NCBI GenBank assembly: GCA_963695555.1
Contig: CAVOGR010000001.1
Coordinates: 32,001-96,000 of the forward strand
Reading direction: 5' to 3'
DNA from: an uncultured Gemmatimonadales bacterium
GTDB taxonomy: Bacteria > Gemmatimonadota > Gemmatimonadetes > Gemmatimonadales > GWC2-71-9
Length of the DNA: 64,000 bases
This document shows positions 28,710-40,007 of this stretch, one piece after another. The position numbers and the translations under genes are program-made. The notes below the pieces were generated by a model. The model had not been told where the DNA came from, did not search any database, and saw only the letters and a list, made by a program, of their open reading frames with translations. Position 1 is the stretch's first letter, and the number at the start of each line of letters is the position of its first letter.

Positions 28710-28842
28710 ACGTCCAGGCTGGTGTGCGGTGCTTGTGGCCGGGGCTCACGGTCTTCAGATTCAATTCACCCGGTTTTCACCCGCTCCTGTGCTTATTAGT
28801 CTTGGGAGTGTGTGTAGTCTAACCATGTGGCAATGAGCTGAC

Positions 28843-29079
28843 ATGTCAACTCACGACACGCCCGCGACTTACACGAGAGAAGAGGCGGCGGTCATTCGGG
28901 CCGAGGCGCTGGACGGCGGTAGTCCAATCTGTCCCCGCTGCAACACGGCGCTGATCCTCCGTACTCCCGTAGCCTTGGACGAGATAACCGTCCAGGAAAT
29001 CTCCTGCCCGATGTGCCACCGCTGCGTGATCCTTCGGGAGGGAGAATTCGGGATCCGGAAACGGGGGGTCAAGGGGTAG
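28843..29079 (+). CDS. Small zinc-ribbon protein
   Basis: CPRC...CPMC pairs; 78 aa; upstream of the kinase cluster. Confidence 0.65.
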   Translation: MSTHDTPATYTREEAAVIRAEALDGGSPICPRCNTALILRTPVALDEITVQEISCPMCHRCVILREGEFGIRKRGVKG

Positions 29080-29134
29080 GAGGGAGGCCAGGCGTCGTCA
29101 CCGGTCCCCTCGCTCCTACCCGGCTTCCATCGCC

Positions 29135-31330
29135 GTGACCCAGACGACCTCCTCTGAGTTCTCAGGCCTCGAGCGCGCGCTGGCCGGCCGGTACGCGATC
29201 GAGCGTGAGCTGGGCCGCGGCGGCATGGCCGTGGTCTACTTGGCCCGCGACCTCAAGCATGGCCGCCAGGTGGCCATCAAGGTGCTGCGGCCCGAGGTTG
29301 CGGCCGCCGTCGGTCCGGAACGCTTCCTCCGCGAAATCGAGATCGCGGCCAAGCTCACCCATCCCCATATCCTGCCGCTGTACGACTCTGGTGAGGTGGA
29401 GGGCTTTCTTCACTACGTCATGCCGTTTGTCGAGGGTCAATCCCTGCGCCAGAGGCTCGAACAGGACACCCAGCTTCCAGTTGCCGAGGCACTTCGGCTT
29501 GCATGCGAGGTGGCCGAGGCATTGGACTACGCGCATAGTCAGGGAGTGGTACACCGGGACATCAAACCCGAGAACATTTTGCTGGAACGCAGCCATGCGA
29601 TCGTGGCCGACTTTGGGGTGGCGCGGGCCGTCACCGAATCGGTCGGCCATCGCCTGACGGAAACCGGCCGAACCGTGGGCACACCGGCCTACATGAGCCC
29701 CGAGCAGGCGAGTGCAGAGGAGGTCATCGACGGGCGCAGCGATCAGTATGCCCTGGGGTGTGTGCTCTACGAAATGCTCGGCGGGCAGCCCCCCTTCGTG
29801 GCACCCTCGGCACGAGCCGTTCTCGCCCGGCACATGATTGATGTGGTGCCCTCGCTCACCGCCTTGCGCCCGGACTTGCCGCGACACGTGAGCCGGGCCG
29901 TCACCCGCGCGCTCGCGAAGGAGAAGGCGGATCGCTTTCCTACCCTTGGCGATTTTGCCGCCGCACTGCGCGACGAGCAGGCGTCGGCCGCGGGACCTCG
30001 GACGATATCCATTGCGGTGCTCCCGCTCACCAATCTGAGCAGCGATTCAGAAAAGGAGTACCTGAGCGACGGCCTCAGCGAGGAGATCATCAACGCGCTC
30101 ACCAAGATCAAGGGTCTCCAGGTGGCCGCCCGGACCTCCTCATTCGCGTTCAAGGGCACCCGCGAGGACATTCGCACCGTGGGACGGAAGCTGAACGTGC
30201 AGAGTGTGCTCGAGGGGAGCGTCCGGATGGTGGGTAACCGGCTCCGGGTCTCGGCACAACTGATCAACGTGGCCGATGGGTACCATCTCTGGTCGGAGCG
30301 ATACGATCGTGAAATGGAAGACGTCTTCGTGATCCAGGACGAGATTGCGGAGAACATCGTCCGTGCCTTGCGTGGGGTGCTGACCAAGGATGAAGAGCGT
30401 GCGATTGCCGCCGCGCGCACCGCGAACGTCGAGGCCTACGTGCATTATTTGCGCGGACGGCAGCACTTCCGCCGATTTCAGCACAAAGCGCTGGAGTATG
30501 CCCGAGATATGTTTGTCCAGGCGATCGCGATCGATCCCGAGTACGCGCGCGCCTTTGCCGGCATGGCCGACTGCTATTCATTTTTGTACATGTACTTCGA
30601 TGCCAGTGCCTCCAACTTAGAGCAGGCCTTCACGGCCAGCCGGCGGGCGCTCGAGCTCGATCCGGAGCTAGCCGAGGCGCATGCGGCGCGCGGCCTTGCG
30701 GTGAGCCTGAGCAAACGGTACGACGAGGCGGAGCACGAATTCGAGACCGCGATTCGGCTCGATCCCCAGTTGTTCGAGGCCAAGTATTTCTTCGCGCGCA
30801 CGCGGTTTCACGAAGGAAAGTTTGCGGAGTCCGCTCATCTCTTCGAGCAAGCCTGCGACATCCGCGACGACTATCAAGCGCGGCTCCTAGCGGCGCAATC
30901 GTATGCTGCGATGGGGAACGATGCCAAGGCGCGCGCCGCCTATGAACGAGCGCTGGGTGTCATCGAGCAGCACCTGGAGCTCAATCCGGGTGACGCCCGG
31001 GCGGTGACCCTGGGTGCCGGGGTCCTCATGCGGCTCGATCGGGGGGAAGAAGGCGTGAAGTGGGCCGACCGCGCTCTGACGATCGACCCGAACGATGCGG
31101 TGGTGCTCTATGCGATTGCGTGCGCGTACAGCGTGCACGGGCTCACGGACCAGGCGTTGGATCTGCTGGAGCGAGCGCTCACGAGCGGGTTCGGCGACCT
31201 CGAATGGATTGGCAACGATCCCGACCTCAACGCCATTCGTGCTGACCCGCGCTACGAGGCATTGATGCGGAAGGCGGCCGGTGGTTTCGAATCGACCAGG
31301 GCCCATGCCGAGGACGATGGGAACCACTGA
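29135..31330 (+). CDS. Hanks-type Ser/Thr kinase with TolB-like and TPR domains
   Basis: GRGGMA, VAIK, HRDIKPEN, DFG, GTPAYMSPE; SIAVLP, ARTSSFAFK, LEGSVR, WSERYDR; TPRs. Confidence 0.95.
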   Translation: MTQTTSSEFSGLERALAGRYAIERELGRGGMAVVYLARDLKHGRQVAIKVLRPEVAAAVGPERFLREIEIAAKLTHPHILPLYDSGEVEGFLHYVMPFVEGQSLRQRLEQDTQLPVAEALRLACEVAEALDYAHSQGVVHRDIKPENILLERSHAIVADFGVARAVTESVGHRLTETGRTVGTPAYMSPEQASAEEVIDGRSDQYALGCVLYEMLGGQPPFVAPSARAVLARHMIDVVPSLTALRPDLPRHVSRAVTRALAKEKADRFPTLGDFAAALRDEQASAAGPRTISIAVLPLTNLSSDSEKEYLSDGLSEEIINALTKIKGLQVAARTSSFAFKGTREDIRTVGRKLNVQSVLEGSVRMVGNRLRVSAQLINVADGYHLWSERYDREMEDVFVIQDEIAENIVRALRGVLTKDEERAIAAARTANVEAYVHYLRGRQHFRRFQHKALEYARDMFVQAIAIDPEYARAFAGMADCYSFLYMYFDASASNLEQAFTASRRALELDPELAEAHAARGLAVSLSKRYDEAEHEFETAIRLDPQLFEAKYFFARTRFHEGKFAESAHLFEQACDIRDDYQARLLAAQSYAAMGNDAKARAAYERALGVIEQHLELNPGDARAVTLGAGVLMRLDRGEEGVKWADRALTIDPNDAVVLYAIACAYSVHGLTDQALDLLERALTSGFGDLEWIGNDPDLNAIRADPRYEALMRKAAGGFESTRAHAEDDGNH

Positions 31331-33458
31331 GACGCCGGAGTTCCCGGCCTTCCAGGCGGCGATGGCCAGCCGCTACGCGTTCGAGCGCGAGCTGGGCCGC
31401 GGCGGCATGGCCGTGGTGTACCTGGCGCGTGATCTCAAGCATGGCCGCCAGGTCGCCATCAAGGTGCTCCGGCCCGAAGTTGCGGCCGCCGTCGGTCCGG
31501 ACCGCTTCCTCCGCGAGATCGAGATCGCAGCCAAACTGACCCATCCCCACATCCTGCCGCTTCACGACTCCGGTGAGGCCAATGGATTCCTCTACTATGT
31601 AATGCCGTTCGTCGCGGGCGAATCCTTGAGAACCAAGCTGAAGCGGGAGCGAAGACTCTCGCTCGACGAGGCCCTGGACATCGCCTGCGATGTGGCCGGC
31701 GCGCTCGACTATGCTCATGGCCGCGGTGTGGTGCATCGGGACATCAAGCCCGAGAACATCCTGCTCGAGGAAGGACACGCGGTCGTGGCCGACTTCGGTG
31801 TGGCGCTCGCGGTGACTGAGTCCGTCGGACCGGCACTCACGGAAACCGGCCGGACCGTGGGCACACCCGAGTACATGAGCCCCGAGCAGGCCTGTGCCGA
31901 GGAGGTCATCGACGGACGCAGCGACCTCTACGCCCTCGGTTGCGTCATGTATGAAATGCTGGGAGGGCAGCCGCCATTCGTCGCGCCCACGGCCCGGGCG
32001 GTCCTGGCGCGCCACGTAATGGATTCCGTGCCGTCGCTCCTGGCCTTGCGGCCGGATATTCCCGCTCCGGTGAGACGGGCGGTCGTCAAGGCGCTGGCCA
32101 AGGAGCGAGAAGACCGTTTTGCGCGGCTTCGCGATTTCGCCACCGCCCTCCGGGCCGAGGCGGAGCCGGATGAGGACGCCGCGATCCAGTCCATTGCCGT
32201 CCTCCCGTTCGTGAACGTGAGCGCGGACCCCGAGTTGGAATACCTGAGCGACGGGATCAGCGAGGAGATCATCAATGCGCTCACCAAGATCCAGCGGCTT
32301 CGGGTTGCGGCCCGGACGTCGTCATTCGCGTTCAAGAACACCAAAGAGGACATCCGTTCCGTCGGCGTGCACTTGAACGTGCAGCACGTGCTCGAGGGCA
32401 GCGTACGCACCTCGGGCAGTCGCCTCCGTGTCACGGCCCAGTTGATCAACGTGGCCGATGGATACCACCTCTGGTCCGAGCGGTATGACCGGGACATGCA
32501 GGACGTCTTCACCATTCAGGACGAGATCGCGGAGAACATCGTCCGAGCGCTTCGCGTGCTCCTCAGCGAAGATGAGCGACAGGCCCTCCGACGTGCCCCA
32601 ACCCGGGATGTGAAGGCGTACGAGTATTACCTGCGAGGGCGCCAGTTCTTCCACCAGGCCCGGAAGAAGAGCCTCCAGTATGCCCTCGAGATGTTCAATC
32701 GAGCCATCGAGATCGATCCCGAGTTTGCCCTCGCCTACGCCGGGGTGGCGGACTGCTATACCACGCTCAACATGTTCTACCCAAGTGAGGGGGACGTTGA
32801 GCGGGCGGACACGGCGAGCCTGCGCGCGCTCGAGCTCGATCCGGATCTGCCAGAGGCCCGGTCGGCTCGGGCATGGGCGTTGAGCCTGGCCAAGCGGTAT
32901 GACGAGGCGGGACGGGAATTCCAGGCCGCTATTGCGCTCGACCCCATGCTCTTCGAAGCACGATATTTCTATGCGCGGACCTGTTTTCAGCATGGGAAAC
33001 TGGAGGATGCTGCGCGGCTGTTCGAGGAGGCCTGCAAGGTTCGGGAGGATTACCAGGCCAGGTTCTTCGCGGCACAGTCGCATGCAGCCCTGGGGCATGC
33101 GGCGGAGGCTGAGGGCGGGTACCGGCGCGCGCTCGAGGTGGTCCAGGAACACCTGGCGCTCAATCCCGACGATCCGCGCGCCGCGACCATGTGCGCCGTC
33201 GCACTGTGCCGCCTGGGCCAGCCGGAGGAGGGCCTCCGGTGGGCACGGCGTGCGGTCGAGATCGATCCCGAAGACGCCGGCGTGTGCTATAATGTCGCGT
33301 GCCTCTATGCCCTGGAGGGCCAGACCGATAAGGCCCTTTCCTGCCTGGAAGAGGCCATTGAGCGTGGATTCGGGCGTAAGGACTGGATCGAGCACGACCC
33401 CGACCTCGACTCGCTCCGCGGCGAGCCTCGCTTCCAAGCCCTGCTGTGGCAGGAGTGA
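31317..33458 (+). CDS. Hanks-type Ser/Thr kinase with TolB-like and TPR domains (tandem paralog)
   Basis: Same architecture and motifs; overlaps the previous gene by 14 nt if ATG 31317 is the start. Confidence 0.95.
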   Translation: MGTTETPEFPAFQAAMASRYAFERELGRGGMAVVYLARDLKHGRQVAIKVLRPEVAAAVGPDRFLREIEIAAKLTHPHILPLHDSGEANGFLYYVMPFVAGESLRTKLKRERRLSLDEALDIACDVAGALDYAHGRGVVHRDIKPENILLEEGHAVVADFGVALAVTESVGPALTETGRTVGTPEYMSPEQACAEEVIDGRSDLYALGCVMYEMLGGQPPFVAPTARAVLARHVMDSVPSLLALRPDIPAPVRRAVVKALAKEREDRFARLRDFATALRAEAEPDEDAAIQSIAVLPFVNVSADPELEYLSDGISEEIINALTKIQRLRVAARTSSFAFKNTKEDIRSVGVHLNVQHVLEGSVRTSGSRLRVTAQLINVADGYHLWSERYDRDMQDVFTIQDEIAENIVRALRVLLSEDERQALRRAPTRDVKAYEYYLRGRQFFHQARKKSLQYALEMFNRAIEIDPEFALAYAGVADCYTTLNMFYPSEGDVERADTASLRALELDPDLPEARSARAWALSLAKRYDEAGREFQAAIALDPMLFEARYFYARTCFQHGKLEDAARLFEEACKVREDYQARFFAAQSHAALGHAAEAEGGYRRALEVVQEHLALNPDDPRAATMCAVALCRLGQPEEGLRWARRAVEIDPEDAGVCYNVACLYALEGQTDKALSCLEEAIERGFGRKDWIEHDPDLDSLRGEPRFQALLWQE

Positions 33459-35050
33459 GGGGCAGATCCGTCGTCGTGCCAACGCCCATTCCAGTGCGCC
33501 AACCGGTCAGCCCTGAATTCCTGCGACTCCAAGCCGAGGTCGCGGGACGCTACTCGCTGGAGCGGGAATTGGGACGCGGCGGCATGGGCATCGTGCTCCT
33601 CGCGCGCGATGTTGCGCTCGACCGGCTGGTGGCCATCAAGTTGCTGCCGCCCGGACTCGCGGCCGAGTCGGAGCTCAGGGAGCGGTTCCTCCGCGAGGCA
33701 CGCACCGCCGCCGGGCTGTCCCACCCGCACATCGTGCCGATTCACGCCGTGGAAGAGCTCGACGACTTGGTCTTCTTCGTCATGGGCTTCGTCGACGGCC
33801 AGACCCTGCGTGAGCGGGTGGAGCAGCATGGCCCGCTCTCGCCCCGGGCTACTATGCAGCTGGTGCAGGAAGTCGCCTGGGCCCTAGGCTACGCCCACTC
33901 GCGCGGCATCGTGCATCGGGACGTCAAACCGGAAAACATCATGCTCGAGCGTGCCACCGGCCGGTCGATGGTCACCGACTTCGGCATTGCCAGTGTGGCC
34001 GCGCTCGATGAACCGGGCCCGTCGTCGACGATCAGCGGGACCGCCCGCTACATGAGCCCGGAACAGGCCATGGGCGAAGCGGTCGACGCCCGAAGCGATC
34101 TCTATTCCCTGGGGGTGACGGCCTTTTTCGCGCTCACCGGCCGGACCCCATTCGAGGCGTCGACCAGCCAGGCGCTCGTGGCCCAACACCTCACGGCGCC
34201 GCCGCCATCCGTCCTTGCGCTGAGGCCCGAAGTCTCCGCCAAACTGGCGGCGGTGATCGATCGCTGTCTCGCGAAGGCCCCCGACGCACGCTTTGCCTCG
34301 GCCGATGAACTGGCCCAGGCAGTGGGCGCTGTGCGAGGCCGACAGTTCCGGGCCCCCCCCTTGGTCCGGAACTTCATTCGAAATGCCGAAGTGAGCACGG
34401 CGGTGGTCCTCACCGCCGCGGTGGTGGGAAGCGGAGCAAATGTTGATGCCGGTGGTATGACTGTCGTCATCGCCCTCGTGTTGGCCCAGCTGGTGATCGC
34501 CGCGCGAAAGCTCCTGCTCGAGGGCTACTGCTTCGACGACATCCACATGGCCTTGCTCGCCGAGGCGCAGGTACAGGAAGAGGAGGCAGAGGCGGTTGGA
34601 CAACGACGCTTCATCCGCAAAGTGTACGGAGCATGGCACCGCATCTGGGCGGGCAGGTTGGGACGACGATTCTTCAAGATTGCCGGGTATCGTCTCGCGA
34701 CCCCGGGGCACCCTGCGCTCCCCTCGGCGGATCCGACCGAAGTGGTCCTCGGCCGGTCAATTGCCGAGCTCTACAAGTCACTGCCCTCCGAGGAACGCAA
34801 GCAATTTACTGAGGTGCCGCAGGTGATCCGCCGGCTCGAACGCGACGCGGAGTCGCTGCGCCGACGCGGTGATCAAGGGGAACGGCTGGCCAGTGCCGTG
34901 GCCGCGCTCGAGAACCTCCGACTCGGCATGCTGCGGCTCCGCGCCGGCACGGGTACCGTCAGCGATCTCACGGCCGACCTGTCACGCGCTCGCGAAATCG
35001 GCGATCGAATCGATGCGGAGCTGGAGGTGAAGGAGATGATTAGGGAATAG
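33455..35050 (+). CDS. Hanks-type Ser/Thr kinase with hydrophobic segments and helical C-terminal tail
   Basis: [30 protein letters not shown] overlap with the previous stop, start uncertain. Confidence 0.92.
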   Translation: MRGRSVVVPTPIPVRQPVSPEFLRLQAEVAGRYSLERELGRGGMGIVLLARDVALDRLVAIKLLPPGLAAESELRERFLREARTAAGLSHPHIVPIHAVEELDDLVFFVMGFVDGQTLRERVEQHGPLSPRATMQLVQEVAWALGYAHSRGIVHRDVKPENIMLERATGRSMVTDFGIASVAALDEPGPSSTISGTARYMSPEQAMGEAVDARSDLYSLGVTAFFALTGRTPFEASTSQALVAQHLTAPPPSVLALRPEVSAKLAAVIDRCLAKAPDARFASADELAQAVGAVRGRQFRAPPLVRNFIRNAEVSTAVVLTAAVVGSGANVDAGGMTVVIALVLAQLVIAARKLLLEGYCFDDIHMALLAEAQVQEEEAEAVGQRRFIRKVYGAWHRIWAGRLGRRFFKIAGYRLATPGHPALPSADPTEVVLGRSIAELYKSLPSEERKQFTEVPQVIRRLERDAESLRRRGDQGERLASAVAALENLRLGMLRLRAGTGTVSDLTADLSRAREIGDRIDAELEVKEMIRE

Positions 35051-35113
35051 GGAGTGGGAGGGTAGGGAGTAGGCCAGGAACGTCCCACTCCCTACTCCCT
35101 GCTCCCTCCTCCC
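35041..35113. repeat. Mirror pair of GGGAGTA-family arrays between convergent genes, containing both stops
   Basis: G-rich 35041-35072, C-rich 35085-35113. Confidence 0.8.
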
Positions 35114-37116
35114 TTTAAATACCTCGTGATCTTCAATGTGAAAGTCGAGCCCGTGCCCAGCGCGCTCTCCACCTGGATATCGCCGCCCAGGAGCCGCGCG
35201 AGTCGCCGGGAGAGGGTGAGGCCCAAACCAGTCCCGCCGCCCTTGGCCGAATCGGCGCGTTCGTAGGCGTCGAACAGCACAGCCTGCTGGGCCGGGTCGA
35301 TGCCCTTACCCTGGTCCACCACGGCGATTCGCAATTGGGTGTCATCGGCCTCGAGCCGAATGACCACTTCCGTGCCGCCGCTGTGCCTGATCGCATTGCG
35401 CAGCAGGTTGATCAAGATCTGCTGCACGCGGATCGCGTCGGTGCGGCAGGGTAGCGAGTGATCGCCGCCCTCGACAGCGATGCCGACGCCCTCACGGTGG
35501 GCTTCCGGCTGGACCATTGTGAGCGAGTGGGCAATGATATCCATCGCGTCCACATCTGACACGCTGGGTTTCAGCTTCGCCACATCCAGGCGGCTCAGGT
35601 CGAGCATGTCATTGACGATTTCCATGGCATACTCGGCGCAGTCCACCGTTTCGTACACTTCCCGCGGCGGCTGAGGCCCGGTCTTCCGCAGTAACAGCTC
35701 GGCCCAGCCGTACACCCCGGTGAGCGCATTGCGGAGCTCGTGGTTGACCATGGCGTAGAATCGGTCTCGCGAGATGTGCATGGCCTGCAACTCGGTAATG
35801 AGGCGTGAGTTCTCGACGGCGACCGCGGCCTGAGCCGCGAGCATCTGCGCGATGGCCTCATCTTCTGCGGAAAAGTCTACTGCGCCGGTCTTCTCCGTGA
35901 AGTAGAGATTGCCGATCGGACCATAGCGGCCGATGACCGGCACGCCGAGGAACGAGCGCATGGGCGGATGGCCGGGTGGGAAGCCGTGGGCATCGGGATC
36001 TGTGGTCAAATCCTTGAGGCGGATAGGCCGTTGAGCGGCAATGACCTGCCCAAGCACGCCACGTCCCGTCGGTGGGGCCCCGATGGTGTGTCGTTGTTCG
36101 GGCGTCAGCCCGCTGGTAATGAAAGTCTCGAGCGCGGCGCGGTCCGGGCTCAGGATGCCGATCGCCGCGTAACGGCACCCGATAACACTCCTGGCGGAGT
36201 CCGCCACTTCCTGGAGCACCGTCTCGACGGAGAGCTGGCTGTTCAACCGGATGGCGGCGGCGAGCAGGAACCCCAATCGTTCGTCACGGCGCTGGAGCGT
36301 GTCGAGCGCACGCCGGTTCTCGGTGATGTCCCGCACGATCACGAGGGCCTCGTCGGGGCCGCTCACCGCGATCCGCGCCTCGAAGAAGCGGGGCGCGCTG
36401 TCGAGTACGAGCGGGTATTCGAAGGTCTGCACCTCGCCTGTTCCGAACGCCTGCTCCAGCGCGGCCATCGCCGGGTCCGAAATGGCTGGGGGCAAGATGT
36501 CGCTGATCTTCCGACCAAGAAACTCTTCGGGGGGCATCGCAGGCTCGATGTCCTGGCCCGGGACGTACTCGAGGAAGGTGCCGTCCCGTTTGACCCGGAA
36601 GATCATATCGGGCAGGGCCCACAACAGCGCCCTGAGGCGCTCCTGTCCTTCCCTGACTGCCGTTTCAAAGTGCTTGCGCTCGGTGATGTCCACCGAGATG
36701 CCCATGACCCCCAAAATTTCGCCCGGGCCCTCCCGCATCGGTTCGATGTGGAGATCGTAGCAGATGCTCTGCCCGTCGACGGTTCCCATCACTTCGATGG
36801 TGTCTCCCGTCCCGGTCTCGAGCACCCGGCGTTTGGCCGCGGTTACTTTGGCCGCCACGGGCGGGGGCAATAGGTCCTCATCGGTCTTGCCCAGCGCATC
36901 GGCCGAGAAGAGGCCCGGGCGAGCGTTGTAGACCCAGGTGTAGCGGAGATCGCGGTCTTGATTGAACATGCCGACCCGCGACCCGCGCAGGGCCGAGCGG
37001 AATCGCGCGACCTGCTCGGCCTCGTCCCGTCGCTCCTGGCGGAGTTCGGTAACGCGGCGATCGAGCGCGGTGAGCTCCTCGGAGCGGGAGCGTCGGCTGG
37101 ACTTCGATCCGGACAT
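35092..37116 (-). CDS. PAS-PAS-GAF sensor histidine kinase (no cognate regulator in window)
   Basis: H-box VNHELRNAL, N-box QILINLLRNA, DQGKGI, GGTGLGL; GAF GFPPGHPPMRSFLGVP; PAS/PAC DITERK. Confidence 0.93.
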   Translation of the reverse strand: MSGSKSSRRSRSEELTALDRRVTELRQERRDEAEQVARFRSALRGSRVGMFNQDRDLRYTWVYNARPGLFSADALGKTDEDLLPPPVAAKVTAAKRRVLETGTGDTIEVMGTVDGQSICYDLHIEPMREGPGEILGVMGISVDITERKHFETAVREGQERLRALLWALPDMIFRVKRDGTFLEYVPGQDIEPAMPPEEFLGRKISDILPPAISDPAMAALEQAFGTGEVQTFEYPLVLDSAPRFFEARIAVSGPDEALVIVRDITENRRALDTLQRRDERLGFLLAAAIRLNSQLSVETVLQEVADSARSVIGCRYAAIGILSPDRAALETFITSGLTPEQRHTIGAPPTGRGVLGQVIAAQRPIRLKDLTTDPDAHGFPPGHPPMRSFLGVPVIGRYGPIGNLYFTEKTGAVDFSAEDEAIAQMLAAQAAVAVENSRLITELQAMHISRDRFYAMVNHELRNALTGVYGWAELLLRKTGPQPPREVYETVDCAEYAMEIVNDMLDLSRLDVAKLKPSVSDVDAMDIIAHSLTMVQPEAHREGVGIAVEGGDHSLPCRTDAIRVQQILINLLRNAIRHSGGTEVVIRLEADDTQLRIAVVDQGKGIDPAQQAVLFDAYERADSAKGGGTGLGLTLSRRLARLLGGDIQVESALGTGSTFTLKITRYLKGGGSRE

Positions 37117-37229
37117 TAGACCATGAAAAGTAGTCGGCGCCACCCCGGCCGGAAGGCATAGCGGCGGGCCGTTCAAAGTCTCATCCCCTGGGATGCCTAT
37201 GTTTTCGGGCAAATTCCCTGATCGATGCC

Positions 37230-37258
37230 TTGCGCGGGCTGGAATAATGCCCCATTAT
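37230..37258 (+). promoter_or_regulatory. Candidate sigma70 promoter for HU
   Basis: TTGCGC-N17-CATTAT. Confidence 0.35.
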
Positions 37259-37318
37259 GCGGTCGGCGTTTTGTTCGTTCCTCGATCTCAGACCCAACCC
37301 CATTCCAGGAGCCGGAGC

Positions 37319-37612
37319 GTGAACAAGGAAGATTTTGCCGACAAGCTGGCCAAGAAGGTCGACATCTCGAAGACCAAGGCGATGGACGTCATTGATTGCG
37401 TCTTTTCCACCAAGCCGCGTCAGGGCATCATCGCGACCGAGCTGGATGCCGGCCGGGATGTCACGATCACCGGGTTTGGCACTTTCCGCACCAGGAAGAT
37501 GAAGGCGCGCAAGGGCCGGAATCCGCAGACCGGCAAGGAAATCATGATCAAGGCTCGGAAGACGGTGTCCTTCCGCGCTGGGAAAGGCCTGAAGGACCGC
37601 GTCAAGGAATAG
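37319..37612 (+). CDS. hup: HU family DNA-binding protein
   Basis: GTG start, MNKEDF..., GFGTF, ARKGRNPQTG, FRAGKGLKD. Confidence 0.95.
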   Translation: MNKEDFADKLAKKVDISKTKAMDVIDCVFSTKPRQGIIATELDAGRDVTITGFGTFRTRKMKARKGRNPQTGKEIMIKARKTVSFRAGKGLKDRVKE

Positions 37613-37826
37613 ACACCCGGCTCACAGCCCTGGCCTGCCGCCGCTCGTCGCAGGCCGGGGCCCCGGGCCCGGGCTCCCCGCCCGTGCCTATGGCCTCATC
37701 GCCCAGGTCCCGGGGGTGGCCGACTCTCATGGTTGCCTCATCGATCCTTCACTCCTCCGTCTCAACTTTATAGCATTGCCACCCACTCTGAGGGCGTTAC
37801 CGTCGTATCGGTGACAGGAGGCGTGT

Positions 37827-38282
37827 ATGTCCGAATCCGTCTCGACCCTTCCTGTCAGGGAGGTCATGACCAAAGAGCCGATGGCGGTGCATCGGGACAT
37901 GACAATCGGCGAACTGGTCATCCTCTTCGATCATCACGATTACAACGGCTTTCCCGTCGTTGATGAGGAGGGAGTCCTGGCCGGCATCGTGACCAAGCTC
38001 GACCTCCTCAACTTGCTGCGCCCGGACGCCACGTTCGAGGTTCCCGAGCTGGCCTCCATCTCGGACCTACCGGTCAACCGCATCATGCGCCACGGGATCA
38101 TCACGGTCGAACCGGACGACGTGATCGCCGTCGTGGCCGACCTCATGGTGGAAACCCGCCTGCGGAGCATTCCCGTGGTCCAGCGACACAGCGGGAAGCC
38201 GGTGCTGGTAGGCATCGTCAGCCGTAATGATCTGCTCCGGCGCTTCTTGACCGAGGCCAGGGCGGAACCTCACCAGCGTTAA
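37827..38282 (+). CDS. CBS domain pair protein
   Basis: VREVMT, GFPVVD..GIVT..DLL, IPVV..LVGIVSRNDLL; AGGAGG RBS. Confidence 0.92.
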   Translation: MSESVSTLPVREVMTKEPMAVHRDMTIGELVILFDHHDYNGFPVVDEEGVLAGIVTKLDLLNLLRPDATFEVPELASISDLPVNRIMRHGIITVEPDDVIAVVADLMVETRLRSIPVVQRHSGKPVLVGIVSRNDLLRRFLTEARAEPHQR

Positions 38283-38384
38283 GCCGGACGAGCTCCCGCT
38301 GCCCTCGACGGACACCCGAGTTCGCTCGCCCCGGAGCACTCGAGTCCACTCTCGCGACGCTTCCCGGGGCCGGTACGGCGACAA

Positions 38385-38413
38385 TTGCCACGGTCGCTTC
38401 GCGATTCTACCTT
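38385..38413 (+). promoter_or_regulatory. Candidate sigma70 promoter for the 38441 gene
   Basis: TTGCCA-N17-TACCTT. Confidence 0.4.
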
Positions 38414-38440
38414 GCCTCAACCCTCGCTAGGAGTGAGGTC

Positions 38441-38713
38441 ATGAAACTCGATATCCGCGCACTCTCCATCGCCGGCGCCATCTTCTGGGGTGCCATGTTC
38501 TTCCTCCTCGGCCTGGCGAACCTCCTCTGGCCGCCCTACGCAGGCGCCTGGCTCGACCTGTTTGCCTCCGTCTACCCGGGCTATGAGGTAACCGCCACCT
38601 TCGGTGCTGTGATCGTGCTCACCCTGTATGCCGCACTCGACGGAGCGATTGCGGGGGCCGTGCTCGCATGGCTGTACAACCGGTTCGTCCGGACCGGAGG
38701 GGCTTCGGCGTAA
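38441..38713 (+). CDS. Small two-TM membrane protein, paralog of 9421-9684
   Basis: MKLDIRAL..GLAN..WP.Y...SVYPGY...DGAIAG..WLYN. Confidence 0.82.
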   Translation: MKLDIRALSIAGAIFWGAMFFLLGLANLLWPPYAGAWLDLFASVYPGYEVTATFGAVIVLTLYAALDGAIAGAVLAWLYNRFVRTGGASA

Positions 38714-38735
38714 ACTCGGCTGGGGTCTCTGGGTG

Positions 38736-39905
<1,170 letters not shown>

Positions 39906-40007
39906 TTGTCCGTGCGAGCGCTCACGGGCGGCACCGCGCATATTGTTAAAATATCCGGGTGCAGGTACGAGCCCTCGACCTTTGGAAGTTCATGAGCGGA
40001 GGGAGTA

